Source of the DNA: Nitrososphaerota archaeon
Lineage (GTDB): Archaea > Thermoproteota > EX4484-205 > JAAOZO01
Reading direction: 5' to 3'
DNA: 34,893 nt
NCBI GenBank assembly: GCA_011605715.1
Contig: JAAOZO010000171.1
Coordinates: 1-34,893, forward strand
Positions 8,530 through 17,233 of this stretch are shown here, piece after piece. The translations under genes and the position numbers were made by a program. A model generated the notes under the pieces. The model ran no database searches. It saw only the letters and a program-made list of their open reading frames with translations, and was not told the origin of the DNA. Each line of letters begins with the position of its first letter. The first letter of the stretch is position 1.

Positions 8530-8651
8530 TGCGGCGAGTGCGGCTTCCGCTGACCAAGTGGTCATGTGCGGGATTTGAACCCGCGATTGCCAGCTTTCTC
8601 CGTTGCTTCCCATGGAAGGCTGGAGTCCTAACCAGACTAGACCAACGCCGC
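8530..8651 (-). tRNA. tRNA-Gly (anticodon UCC) with two introns: canonical 37/38 (17 nt, 8596-8612) and non-canonical at the T-stem/acceptor junction (about 30 nt, 8537-8566)
   Basis: Hand fold on the minus strand: acceptor GCGGCGT/ACGCCGC, D stem GTCT/GGAC with an AGTCTGGTTA loop, anticodon stem CCAGC/GCTGG, loop CTTCCA..A, T arm GCGGG-TTCAAAT-CCCGC. Intron 1 pairs with the anticodon (CTTCC/GGAAG). The 122-nt gene reduces to a 75-nt mature tRNA. Confidence 0.85.
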
Positions 8652-8792
8652 ACCTCACGTAGAGTTATGGCTAAATCTCTTTATATTTTTTTCTTTATTT
8701 ACGTTTTTGTGATTTTTTTTCAACCTAGGGTTGTATATGAGCTTATCCTGTCTTTTTGAATGGATTTTCTTTTCTACTTCTTTGTATCAAGT

Positions 8793-9419
8793 TTACTCCC
8801 TCATTCCGACACATACTACGTTTTGTGAGATAAAAATATCATAAAAGGTGAAATTTTCTTTTATCATCTCTTCTAATTCTTTTAATGTGTAACTGAAATA
8901 GGGCCTTTTCAAGATTTTTTTATCTGATGACCTCCAAGCTATGTAGAATAAGTTTTCTTTTCTTTCAAGAATCTTACTTTCTTTTACAACTCTTATGTTC
9001 CAAAAGGTAAAAATTGTTATTCCCGACTTTTTTAAGACTCTCCTTACTTCTCCTAACGCTGTTTTTACATCGTCTTTCGGTAAGTGGTGAAAAATTGCTA
9101 TTGCTACTAGAAGATCAAATATTTCATTTTTAAAGGGCAAAAAAGTAGCATCAGCTACCACTGAATCTGCTTTCCACTGCATTGTTTTTATTTCATATTT
9201 GGCTTCTCTGGTCATGCCAAAAGAAATATCCAAAGCAACATAAAATTTTACGTTTTCTACTAGGGTTGCAGAGTTAGTTCCTGGGCCGCATCCTTCATCA
9301 AGGGCTAATCCATATCTTTTCCATTTTGAAATTCGCTTAACATGATCGTTCTCCTTTCTCACCCTTTTGTATTCTTTTGAAATCTTGTTAAATACTTCAA
9401 TAACTTCTCTCTTTATCAT
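8793..9419 (-). CDS. Class I SAM-dependent methyltransferase (Trm9-like pattern)
   Basis: 208 aa. Motif I LDEGCGPGTNS, then VAIAIFHHL...ALGEVRRVLKKSGITIFTFW, resembling Trm9/ALKBH8-type tRNA methyltransferases. Confidence 0.7.
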   Translation of the reverse strand: MIKREVIEVFNKISKEYKRVRKENDHVKRISKWKRYGLALDEGCGPGTNSATLVENVKFYVALDISFGMTREAKYEIKTMQWKADSVVADATFLPFKNEIFDLLVAIAIFHHLPKDDVKTALGEVRRVLKKSGITIFTFWNIRVVKESKILERKENLFYIAWRSSDKKILKRPYFSYTLKELEEMIKENFTFYDIFISQNVVCVGMRE

Positions 9420-9488
9420 AAGAATGACTCACATTTTCAGAGAAGAAGATTTAATAAGAACCCCCTATTTAATCTTAACACGTAAGTT

Positions 9489-10529
9489 ATGGCTCCCAAA
9501 AAGTCCGAATTACCTCAAGATTCTGAAGACGAAGAAAAAGAAAATGAGACCGAGCAAGAGACGGAACATTCAGAGTCTTACTCTGAGATTGAAGACATTC
9601 CAGGAATTGGACCCGCGACTCTCGCTAAATTAAAAGAAATAGGCTATTCTACTCCTGAATCTCTAGCAACAGCGTCTATAATAGAGCTCGTTAAGGCTGG
9701 CATTTCAGAAAAAGTTGCTTCGAAGATAATTTCTGAGGCTAGAGGGAAAGTAGAAACAAGCTTTGTAACAGCTCTAGACCTTCTGGAGAAAAGAAAAAGC
9801 ATACGAAGAATAACAACTGGTAGTAAAGCACTAGACGAGCTTCTTGGAGGCGGAATTGAAACAATGAGCATAACAGAATTCTTTGGAGAATTTGGAACAG
9901 GAAAATCTCAAATTTGTCACCAACTAAGCGTTAACGTTCAGCTTCCATACGAAAAGGGCGGGTTAGCTGGTGGTGCTCTCTATATAGATACTGAGAATAC
10001 TTTCAGGCCTGAAAGGATAATGACGATGGCAGCAAATGTTGGTCTAGATCCACAAGAAGCATTGAAGAACATAATCGTAGCTGAAGCCTATAATTCCGAC
10101 CATCAGATGCTAATTCTAGAACGATCTGATGAAATAATAAAAGAAAAAAATATAAAGCTGGTAATAATTGATTCCCTAACTGCTCATTTTAGAAGTGAGT
10201 ATTTAGGCAGAGATACTCTGGCATTAAGACAACAAAAATTAAACAATCACTTACATAGATTAGAGCGTCTTGCGGTTGCCTTTAACTTAGCCACAGTCGT
10301 AACGAACCAAGTTATGGCAAAGCCTGACGAATTCTTTGGGCTTGGGACATATCCTATAGGTGGTCATGTTCTTGGTCATAGGAGCCAAACAAGGGTTTTC
10401 TTAAGAAAAGCTGCAGGTGGAAAAGGAAACAGAGTTGCTAGATTAGTAGTTGCAGTGGACAGGCCTGAAGGCGAAGCTGTGTTCAAGATAGATGAAAAGG
10501 GAATATCTGATGTTGAACCTTCTGAGTAA
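9489..10529 (+). CDS. radA: DNA repair and recombination protein RadA, with an acidic N-terminal extension
   Basis: 346 aa. HhH region [18 protein letters not shown] and Walker [23 protein letters not shown], with [15 protein letters not shown] and TNQVMAKPD blocks. Confidence 0.95.
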   Translation: MAPKKSELPQDSEDEEKENETEQETEHSESYSEIEDIPGIGPATLAKLKEIGYSTPESLATASIIELVKAGISEKVASKIISEARGKVETSFVTALDLLEKRKSIRRITTGSKALDELLGGGIETMSITEFFGEFGTGKSQICHQLSVNVQLPYEKGGLAGGALYIDTENTFRPERIMTMAANVGLDPQEALKNIIVAEAYNSDHQMLILERSDEIIKEKNIKLVIIDSLTAHFRSEYLGRDTLALRQQKLNNHLHRLERLAVAFNLATVVTNQVMAKPDEFFGLGTYPIGGHVLGHRSQTRVFLRKAAGGKGNRVARLVVAVDRPEGEAVFKIDEKGISDVEPSE

Positions 10530-10533
10530 TCTT

Positions 10534-11829
10534 TCAAGGTATAAGTCTGTTTTTATCTCTTGGATAGAGTGTAGTTTCTCTTATGTTGTTTTCTCCAGTA
10601 ATAATCATCATTAACCTATTGAATCCAATAGCCCAACCAGCATGCGGTGGCATGCCATAACTAAAGAACTTTAAATGTTCAGAAAAACTACTTAAATTGA
10701 GCCCCATTTTCGTTATTCTATTTTCTAACTTTTCTCTGTTTTCTTCTCGAGTCCCCCCAGAACAAATTTCAAGCTCGCTAAACATTAGGTCAAATGATTC
10801 TGTAGTTCCATCGTCTTTCACTTTTATGTAAAATGGCTTTGTATTTTCTGGCCAATCTGTTACAAAAAAGAATTTATCTTTTAAATCTTTAATTAGTTTT
10901 ATGTGCTCTGAAGAAATATCCTCACCATAATTTATTTTCCCTCCTTCTTTTTTTACCATGTTCACAACTTCTTTGTAGCTATAACTCTCTATTTCTTTGT
11001 CTTTGTATTCTAAGAATTTTTCATTTAGAACTTCCTTGTATTCTCCATCGAGCTTGTCAAGTTCCTTAGAAATCGTTCTAATCAAATTGGCAAGTATTTC
11101 CATAACATCATTATAGTCTGCAAAAGCAACTTCAATATCAAGAGAAACAAACTCATTTAAATGTCTGGTCGTATCAAATGGTTCAGCTCTAAAGAACGTA
11201 CCTATTTCAAAAACTCTTTCCAAGCCCATAGTAAGTTGTTCTTTGTAGAGCTGAGGGCTCTGAGCAAGAAACGCTTTTTTGTCGAAGTAATTTAGCTCAA
11301 ATAAGTTTGCTCCACCTTCCGTAGCAGTTGATATTATTCTTGGAGTAACAACTTCTACAAAACCTTTTTCGTAAAAGAATTCTCTTGTAATCTTTAAAAC
11401 TTCTGAGAAGAGCTTAAATATTTTTGCAGTTCTTGGTCTCATTAAGTCTATTGGTCTGTTATCGAGCCTTACATCTAAACTAGCGTTTATTTTTCCTCTA
11501 ATTTCTAGCGGTAGTGGGTGTTTTGATTTATTTAGTACTTCTATTTCTTTTGCGACAAGCTCAAAGCCTTTTTTTGCAACTTTGCTTTTTCGTATAGTTC
11601 CCTTTACTTTTACTACATCATTTTGGTTTATTTTCTCTACTAATCTTCCAATTTCTTCTGGAGATTCTTCAGTTTTCCAAATAACTTGTACAGAATCAGT
11701 ACAGTCCTTAATCTTTAAAAACTTTATCTTTCCTAGGTCTCTTGTGTCCTCGACCCATCCTGCAATCGTGGTTTCTTTACCTTCTGGTAGATTGGAAAGC
11801 TGATTTATGTAAAAGTCCTTATGCCTCAT
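10534..11829 (-). CDS. aspS: Aspartyl-tRNA synthetase, archaeal type (class IIb)
   Basis: 431 aa. N-terminal OB anticodon-binding domain, FRAEPFDTTRHLNEF (motif 2), GGTRE, and C-terminal GWAIGFNRLMMIITG..NIRETTLYPRDKNRLIP. Confidence 0.9.
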   Translation of the reverse strand: MRHKDFYINQLSNLPEGKETTIAGWVEDTRDLGKIKFLKIKDCTDSVQVIWKTEESPEEIGRLVEKINQNDVVKVKGTIRKSKVAKKGFELVAKEIEVLNKSKHPLPLEIRGKINASLDVRLDNRPIDLMRPRTAKIFKLFSEVLKITREFFYEKGFVEVVTPRIISTATEGGANLFELNYFDKKAFLAQSPQLYKEQLTMGLERVFEIGTFFRAEPFDTTRHLNEFVSLDIEVAFADYNDVMEILANLIRTISKELDKLDGEYKEVLNEKFLEYKDKEIESYSYKEVVNMVKKEGGKINYGEDISSEHIKLIKDLKDKFFFVTDWPENTKPFYIKVKDDGTTESFDLMFSELEICSGGTREENREKLENRITKMGLNLSSFSEHLKFFSYGMPPHAGWAIGFNRLMMIITGENNIRETTLYPRDKNRLIP

Positions 11830-12344
11830 TCTCCCGCCTTAACCTCTTCTAAAGATATTTCAATTTTCTCATTTAATATCTTAGATAAAACTTGACTAAT
11901 TTCTTTTTCATTAAACTTAAGTTTCCCCCTTATCCTAATTTCTTTTGCTTTACTTCCATCAGGAAGCCATAACTCTCTAATGTACAATACCTTAGCTGAG
12001 CTTCCAGCTATTTTTTCCATCAAAGTTCTTAAGTTCTCTTTTCTGTCAGTGACCACAACATCTTTCTTTGTTGCTTCTCTTACACGAGAAAGTAATAGGC
12101 TTAAAGCATCATACTTGGATTCAAGAATGTTTGCTTCATTAAAAATTAGAACGATGAGCTTGCTACTTTCTGCGCTTCCAATGTATTCAAGGTTCTCAAA
12201 CTCTTTCTTCTTACCTAATAACTCTAAAATTAACCTGCTTATCGTCACATCTGTAAAAGAAAACCTAGTATTGAGTTTTTCTTTACATTCTTGACAAAAA
12301 ATTTCCGTACTCAAGCAAATTTCATGAAATGGTGTTTTTACCAT
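11826..12344 (-). CDS. Conserved-looking protein with an N-terminal Cys cluster (possible zinc ribbon); function unknown
   Basis: 172 aa with an ATG start and an ATGA overlap with aspS, suggesting translational coupling. HEICLSTEIFCQECKEKL near the N-terminus. No GxxG KH motif was seen. Confidence 0.65.
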   Translation of the reverse strand: MVKTPFHEICLSTEIFCQECKEKLNTRFSFTDVTISRLILELLGKKKEFENLEYIGSAESSKLIVLIFNEANILESKYDALSLLLSRVREATKKDVVVTDRKENLRTLMEKIAGSSAKVLYIRELWLPDGSKAKEIRIRGKLKFNEKEISQVLSKILNEKIEISLEEVKAGE

Positions 12345-12412
12345 GTTCTATACTCTTCTCCTTTCTCCTTAAACGTTTTTAAAGGGGTAAATAAATCCTA
12401 AGTTGAGAGAAA

Positions 12413-12586
12413 ATGCCTCTGGCCGATCCTAGCTTAATACAACTCGCACAAAAAAGACGTCTCTACTTTAAAATATGTCGAAAATGTGGTGCAAAGAATA
12501 GCATTACTGCAGTCAAATGTAGGAAATGTCACAGCTACAACTTAAGACTTAAGAAGAGAATGTTAAAAGCAAAGAAAAGTAAGTAG
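12413..12586 (+). CDS. rpl40e: 50S ribosomal protein L40e
   Basis: 57-aa ORF missing from the supplied track: MPLADPSLIQLAQKRRLYFKICRKCGAKNSITAVKCRKCHSYNLRLKKRMLKAKKSK. The C-x2-C...C-x2-C ribbon and the NLRLKK tail are characteristic of archaeal L40e. Confidence 0.9.
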   Translation: MPLADPSLIQLAQKRRLYFKICRKCGAKNSITAVKCRKCHSYNLRLKKRMLKAKKSK

Positions 12587-12698
12587 AGCCGTTCTGCTCT
12601 GAATTAATAAAGCAGGAGGCTAAAATATCTGGGTTTTATTCAAGAAATAAGCGTAAACTTTAAATAATTTTACTTTTATAGAATTTTCTGCCTTAAAT

Positions 12699-12749
12699 CG
12701 GGCTAAGTCCCGAAGGATAGCTACAGGCGAAGTGTAGCTTCCTAGGAAG
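12699..12749 (+). other. G+C-enriched run of hairpins immediately upstream of tRNA-Val (structured leader or small ncRNA candidate)
   Basis: CGGG-ctaagt-CCCG (12699-12712); AGCTACA-ggcgaag-TGTAGCT (12719-12739); palindrome CTTCCTAGGAAG (12738-12749). It ends 13 nt before the tRNA 5' end. Confidence 0.3.
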
Positions 12750-12762
12750 TAACGCGCTCACT

Positions 12763-12839
12763 GGGCCGGTGGTCTAGTCAGGTATGATGCTGCTCTCACA
12801 CAGCAGAGATCGCCAGTTCAAATCTGGCCCGGCCCACCA
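12763..12839 (+). tRNA. tRNA-Val (anticodon CAC), intron-less, CCA encoded
   Basis: Acceptor GGGCCGG/CCGGCCC, anticodon stem CTGCT/AGCAG with loop CTCACAC (CAC at 12797-12799), T arm GCCAG-TTCAAAT-CTGGC, discriminator A followed by CCA. Confidence 0.9.
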
Positions 12840-13203
12840 CTCTTAATTACTAGTGCTATCTTAGTAGGTATTGCTATCTGGCTCCCTGAAGTTAGACTCT
12901 AGCACTTCTATTTCCTTCGCACTGCATTTTCATAATGTCTTTTCATCTTTTGTTCTTATTCCTGCTTTCATAACTTATGGTTAAAAACTAAACTACTTTG
13001 GAATAGAGTTGCTGAAACTTTACTCTGAGTAGAACTAAAAATCTAAAAAATTAGTTGAGTAAAAAAGAGAATAGCTTAAAAACTTAGTAAAGCAATTTTT
13101 AGAATTTAAAGCTCTCTCAACACTTAAAAACTTGTCACACGATTCCCAAACTTCCGTAACGTTTAAAGTACCTTTATCTTTAAGATGTGAACAATGAAAC
13201 ACA

Positions 13204-14751
13204 ATGAGCTTTGAAATAATAAACGTAGACCTCAATGGACGAATAGGTAAACTCTATACTAAGAGTGGGATTCTAGAAACACCTTACTTTTTTCCTGTCA
13301 TCAATAAAAATAAGTTAGTTATTACCATTAGCGAGCTGAAAGATGAATTTAAAATAAACGGAATAATGACCAATGCTTACTTGATAAAAAAGGAATACGA
13401 AATTAAAGGGTTAGAAATAGAAGATATCCATAAAATTTTAAATTTTGATGGCATAGTTTATACGGATTCTGGAGGCTATCAAATACTCAGATATGGCAAA
13501 ATAAAGGCTGAACCAGAAAACATAATTGAAGTTGAAGAGAAGTTAAATGTAGATATTGGGACTATTTTGGATGTCCCTACGGGTATAAAAAAAGATTATG
13601 AAAAAGCAAAAGAAAGTGTAAAAAAAACCATAGAGAACGCAGAAAGGTCTATTAAAAAGATTACAAGAAGAGACATACTTTGGGTTGGCCCAATACAAGG
13701 AGGAATCTTTGAAGATCTGTTATCTTTTTCATCACATGAAATGGCAAATAAGGGATTTGATGTTCTAGCGTTAGGTTCACCTGTTGAACTTATGGAAAGA
13801 TATAATTTTCAGCAACTAATTAGAATGGGAATAATAGCAAAAGCAAATGTACCTACTGGAATCCCAATTCATTTTTTTGGAGCAGGTCATCCAATGATCC
13901 TTAGCTTCTTAGTAGCACTAGGTTATGACATATTTGATTCTGCTTCCTATGCACTTTACGCTTATGAAGATAGATATATAACTGCGCATGGTACATTTAA
14001 ATTAAATGAACTTGACTATTTTCCATGCGAGTGTGAAGTGTGTAGCAAGCATACTCCAAAAGAATTGAATGAAATGGATAAAAATGAACGCACAAAACTT
14101 TTAGCGAAACACAATCTTTATGCAATCCTTAGAGAAATAAAGGAAATAAAGGAAAGAATAAAAGAGGGGACTCTTTGGGACCTAATTGAAATTCGGTCTA
14201 GGGTACATCCAAAAACTTTTGCAGCATTTAAAGAATTACTTCGGGTCGCTCCGAAAATTTTCAATGAGTCTCCTGTTTTTAAGAGGAAAGGAATCTTCGT
14301 GTTCGATCAAATGTCTGAAGAACGCCCTGAGATAGCTTATTCAAGAAAAAAAGAATTAGAAAAAATTGGTCAAAAATGTAAGCATATAATATTGCTTTTC
14401 ATAAGAGAAGAGAGTAAACTTTCTAACAACATCATAGGAAAAATAGTTGAAAATATAAAACTTGACGAAAATAAAATGTGTGTGTACTATCTAAATAAGT
14501 TTTTTGGATTCGTTCCAATTTGGTTGTACTGGACCTCCCCCTTCAACAAGATAGTTAGTCCAGAAGATACTCTATCTGAAGAAAAAATTGAGGAAATTAT
14601 AAATCATTTAACAGGTAGTATGCTTTCATCTAAAGAAGTTGAAATGACTATAATAAGGGATAAAGATAGTTTTTTGTTAAGCGAAAAGTTTATAGAGAAG
14701 CTTTCTGTTGAAAAGGGTATAAAAATAAGAAATAAGATTGATTTAGAATGA
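13204..14751 (+). CDS. tgtA: Archaeosine tRNA-guanine transglycosylase (ArcTGT)
   Basis: 515 aa. ...GRIGKLYTKSGILETPYFFPVIN, DSGGYQ, and the zinc site CECEVCSKH. No obvious PUA signature was recognised in the C-terminal region. Confidence 0.85.
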   Translation: MSFEIINVDLNGRIGKLYTKSGILETPYFFPVINKNKLVITISELKDEFKINGIMTNAYLIKKEYEIKGLEIEDIHKILNFDGIVYTDSGGYQILRYGKIKAEPENIIEVEEKLNVDIGTILDVPTGIKKDYEKAKESVKKTIENAERSIKKITRRDILWVGPIQGGIFEDLLSFSSHEMANKGFDVLALGSPVELMERYNFQQLIRMGIIAKANVPTGIPIHFFGAGHPMILSFLVALGYDIFDSASYALYAYEDRYITAHGTFKLNELDYFPCECEVCSKHTPKELNEMDKNERTKLLAKHNLYAILREIKEIKERIKEGTLWDLIEIRSRVHPKTFAAFKELLRVAPKIFNESPVFKRKGIFVFDQMSEERPEIAYSRKKELEKIGQKCKHIILLFIREESKLSNNIIGKIVENIKLDENKMCVYYLNKFFGFVPIWLYWTSPFNKIVSPEDTLSEEKIEEIINHLTGSMLSSKEVEMTIIRDKDSFLLSEKFIEKLSVEKGIKIRNKIDLE

Positions 14752-16010
14752 AAATAAAATTTTTAGGAGCTGTAGAAGAAGTCGGAAGGTCATCAATTCT
14801 AGTTAAAACTGAAAAAGAAGGCTTTTTGCTTGATAGTGGCGTAGCTCTTGATCATTCAGTAAAGTTTCCAGCTTATGTGTCTCCAGATGAATTTAGTACC
14901 TTAATAATCTCTCACTGTCACTTAGATCATGTTGGATCCGCTCCTTTGTTTTTCATAGGAGGTGCAAAAAAGGCATTTTTGACTAAGATGACAAAGGAGC
15001 TTTCTAGAATCCTATTGTTGGACATGCTAAAGATTGCAAAAACTTATTTACCTTTTGAAACCCTTGAAATTAATAGATTTCTTCAGTATTCAACTGAAGT
15101 TGAAAAGGATAAGCAGTATGAGATTAGCGAGGATACTCTTTTGGAAATGAAAAATGCGGGTCATGTGCTAGGTGCTTCACAAATCCTTTTGAAGTTTAAA
15201 GATAAAGTGCTGTTATATACTGGAGATATGAACGTAAATAGAACGAGGACCGTCCCACCTGCAAACACCGATTATAACGAGAATATAGATGTCCTTATTA
15301 CAGAAAGTACGTATGCAACAACAGAACACCCTCCTCGAAACCAAGTAGAAAAAGAGCTTATCGAGGAGTCAAGAAAAATAATAGAAGATGGAGGCAAAGT
15401 ACTCATTCCTGCTTTTGGGGTTGGTAGAGCTCAGGAAATTATTACAGTGTTTCATGCTAACAATTTTCCATATAAAGTTGCATTGGATGGTATGGCGAAA
15501 AAGGTTACAGAAATATTCATGAATAACCCTGAAGAACTTTACGACTACAAACAGTTTGCTAGAGCAGTAGAAAAAACTTACATTTTACAGTCAGATCAAG
15601 AGAGAAGATATGTTGCTCAAGAACCTGGAGTAATAGTAACACCTGCAGGTATGTTGAAAGGAGGCCCTGCTGTTAAGTACTCAGAAGAAATTGCCAAAGG
15701 TAAAAAAAATGCAATTTTTTTAGTAAGCTATCAGGTTGAGGGAACGCCTGGAAGTACATTGCTAAAAAAGAAGGTTATAGCAATGGGTGGTAAACTAGTG
15801 AAGGTTAATGCCGAAGTAAAACAATTTGATTTCTCTTCTCATAGTGGAAGGAGCGATTACATCAACCTTATCAAAAAAATAAATCCAAAATATGTGTTTT
15901 TCGTTCATGGAAGCAAAGAAAACATAGAGTTTCTTTTTAATGAAGTACAAAATAATATGAAAGATACTAAAGCTATAATGCCAAAGATTAACGAGGTTTA
16001 TGAGGTTTAA
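14748..16010 (+). CDS. Metallo-beta-lactamase/beta-CASP ribonuclease (aCPSF2-like, no KH domains)
   Basis: 420 aa with an ATGA overlap with tgtA. HCHLDHVGSAP (HxHxDH), ITESTYA, SSHSGRSDY, FFVHGS. Confidence 0.85.
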   Translation: MKIKFLGAVEEVGRSSILVKTEKEGFLLDSGVALDHSVKFPAYVSPDEFSTLIISHCHLDHVGSAPLFFIGGAKKAFLTKMTKELSRILLLDMLKIAKTYLPFETLEINRFLQYSTEVEKDKQYEISEDTLLEMKNAGHVLGASQILLKFKDKVLLYTGDMNVNRTRTVPPANTDYNENIDVLITESTYATTEHPPRNQVEKELIEESRKIIEDGGKVLIPAFGVGRAQEIITVFHANNFPYKVALDGMAKKVTEIFMNNPEELYDYKQFARAVEKTYILQSDQERRYVAQEPGVIVTPAGMLKGGPAVKYSEEIAKGKKNAIFLVSYQVEGTPGSTLLKKKVIAMGGKLVKVNAEVKQFDFSSHSGRSDYINLIKKINPKYVFFVHGSKENIEFLFNEVQNNMKDTKAIMPKINEVYEV

Positions 16011-16012
16011 TT

Positions 16013-16213
16013 TTATAGTCTTTCTATGGGAAGCTTAATCTGGCTAAGAATCTCGTCCACTTCTTTTTCCGAATTTAACTTAATAACATATAAGTACTTT
16101 GGAGTCCTTAACTTAATCTTAAAAGCATCATCTGTTTTTTTTACCACAACCTTCTTCCCTCTGCTGCTTGCTATTTTTATGAATTCTTCTTTGTTCTTTA
16201 CTTCCTTTGGCAT
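16013..16213 (-). CDS. rpl38e: 50S ribosomal protein L38e
   Basis: 66 aa. MPKEVKNKEEFIKIA...VVVKKTDDAFKIKLRTPKYLYVIKLNSEKEVDEILSQI parallels eukaryotic L38 (...VKFKVRCSRYLYTLVI.DKEKAEKLKQSL). Confidence 0.8.
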   Translation of the reverse strand: MPKEVKNKEEFIKIASSRGKKVVVKKTDDAFKIKLRTPKYLYVIKLNSEKEVDEILSQIKLPIERL

Positions 16214-16553
16214 ACTTTAATCACCGTTTGCTTCGCTCCAATGTATTCAGTGGCATTTAATAAACATTAAAATTAACAGAAACTAAGGTCTACGTTCGGC
16301 ATCATCGAACAGTGGGATCTGAACCAAAAAGCGGATTCTAAGCTGTGCAATCTTTTGGCCTACTTAGCAGGAGGCCCACGAAAAGTTTTTACGAACTCAC
16401 AAAGAACTCATAGGCTTATAATCTCAAAAGGTTACAGTACTTAAAAGATCGTAGTTCAGAGCTTCTCTTTTTCTACGTTTTTGAAGGAGAAGTTTCAATC
16501 AAAAATACTAAGAAACCTTTAATTAAATCCTCTAAAAGCTTATTGCACCAGAA

Positions 16554-17195
16554 ATGAAAAGTAAAGTAATAAAAATACAGGGAATCACTGGTGAAATGCC
16601 ACTTATAGCAATTTCCGGCTTACCCGGATTGGGAGCTGTTGGCATAAACGCAGCTTCGCTATTTGTTTCCGAAGGAAGTTCCGTTTTAATTAGTCAAATT
16701 CTGATTAAATCCTCCTCAAGTAATCTCATTGTTTCTGAAAATGGAGTCGTTTCTCCCTCAGCTTTTAATGTTTACTATGTTACTTCAAAGGACTTTCTAA
16801 AACCAATTTTGGTTCTTCTTGGTTCTTTTCAATCACAAAATGCAGTTGAGCAATACAAGTTAGCAGAAACCTTTCTTAACTTAGCAAAAAAGTTAAGGAT
16901 AAGGTACGTTTTTTCTTTGGGTGGATTTCAAACATTACGAAAACTTAAAACAAGAAATGTTTTCATAGTGCCTAATGACTTGATGACTCTTCGTCTTTCT
17001 GTTGTTCAAGGACTTAAACTTGCCAGTGGCCAAATTACTGGAGCTGCTGGGTTAATAGCAGGTCTTTCAAAGTACTATGGCTTTAAAGGTGGCGTTCTTT
17101 TGGCAGAGACAAATGGACAAGTACCTGACAACATTGCATCTCAATTGCTTCATGATAAATTGTTAAGCTTAATAAACAAAGTAAGTGCAAGTTAA
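16554..17195 (+). CDS. PAC2-family proteasome assembly chaperone-like protein
   Basis: 213 aa. The N-terminal PLIAISGLPGLGAVGINAASLFV matches the PAC2 (PbaA/PbaB) G-x-P-G-x-G-x-V-G signature. Confidence 0.7.
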   Translation: MKSKVIKIQGITGEMPLIAISGLPGLGAVGINAASLFVSEGSSVLISQILIKSSSSNLIVSENGVVSPSAFNVYYVTSKDFLKPILVLLGSFQSQNAVEQYKLAETFLNLAKKLRIRYVFSLGGFQTLRKLKTRNVFIVPNDLMTLRLSVVQGLKLASGQITGAAGLIAGLSKYYGFKGGVLLAETNGQVPDNIASQLLHDKLLSLINKVSAS

Positions 17196-17233
17196 AAATT
17201 GTCTTACTTAAAAAATATTCAAAAATATAAAAA

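Noticed and set aside
8529-8759. 76-aa plus-strand ORF
   Set aside because: It is translated across the minus-strand tRNA-Gly gene. Its G+C-rich start is simply the tRNA sequence.
9367-12294. ORFs 9367-9633 (+), 9644-9871 (-), 11582-11803 (+) and 11980-12294 (+)
   Set aside because: They are out-of-frame or antisense overlaps with the methyltransferase, radA, aspS and the 172-aa gene. No independent support exists.
11826-12344. Calling the 172-aa protein an archaeal NusA/KH-domain protein
   Set aside because: No GxxG KH signature was seen. Only an N-terminal Cys cluster is evident, so it is left as unknown function.
16214-16553. The 340-nt divergent spacer between rpl38e and the PAC2 gene as an SRP RNA, RNase P RNA or C/D sRNA
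   Set aside because: Only short local hairpins are present (GTTCG...CGAAC, GGCC...GGCC). I saw no convincing C/D boxes (RUGAUGA/CUGA in register) and no conserved SRP or RNase P motifs. It is most simply two back-to-back promoters. An Infernal/Rfam scan would settle it.
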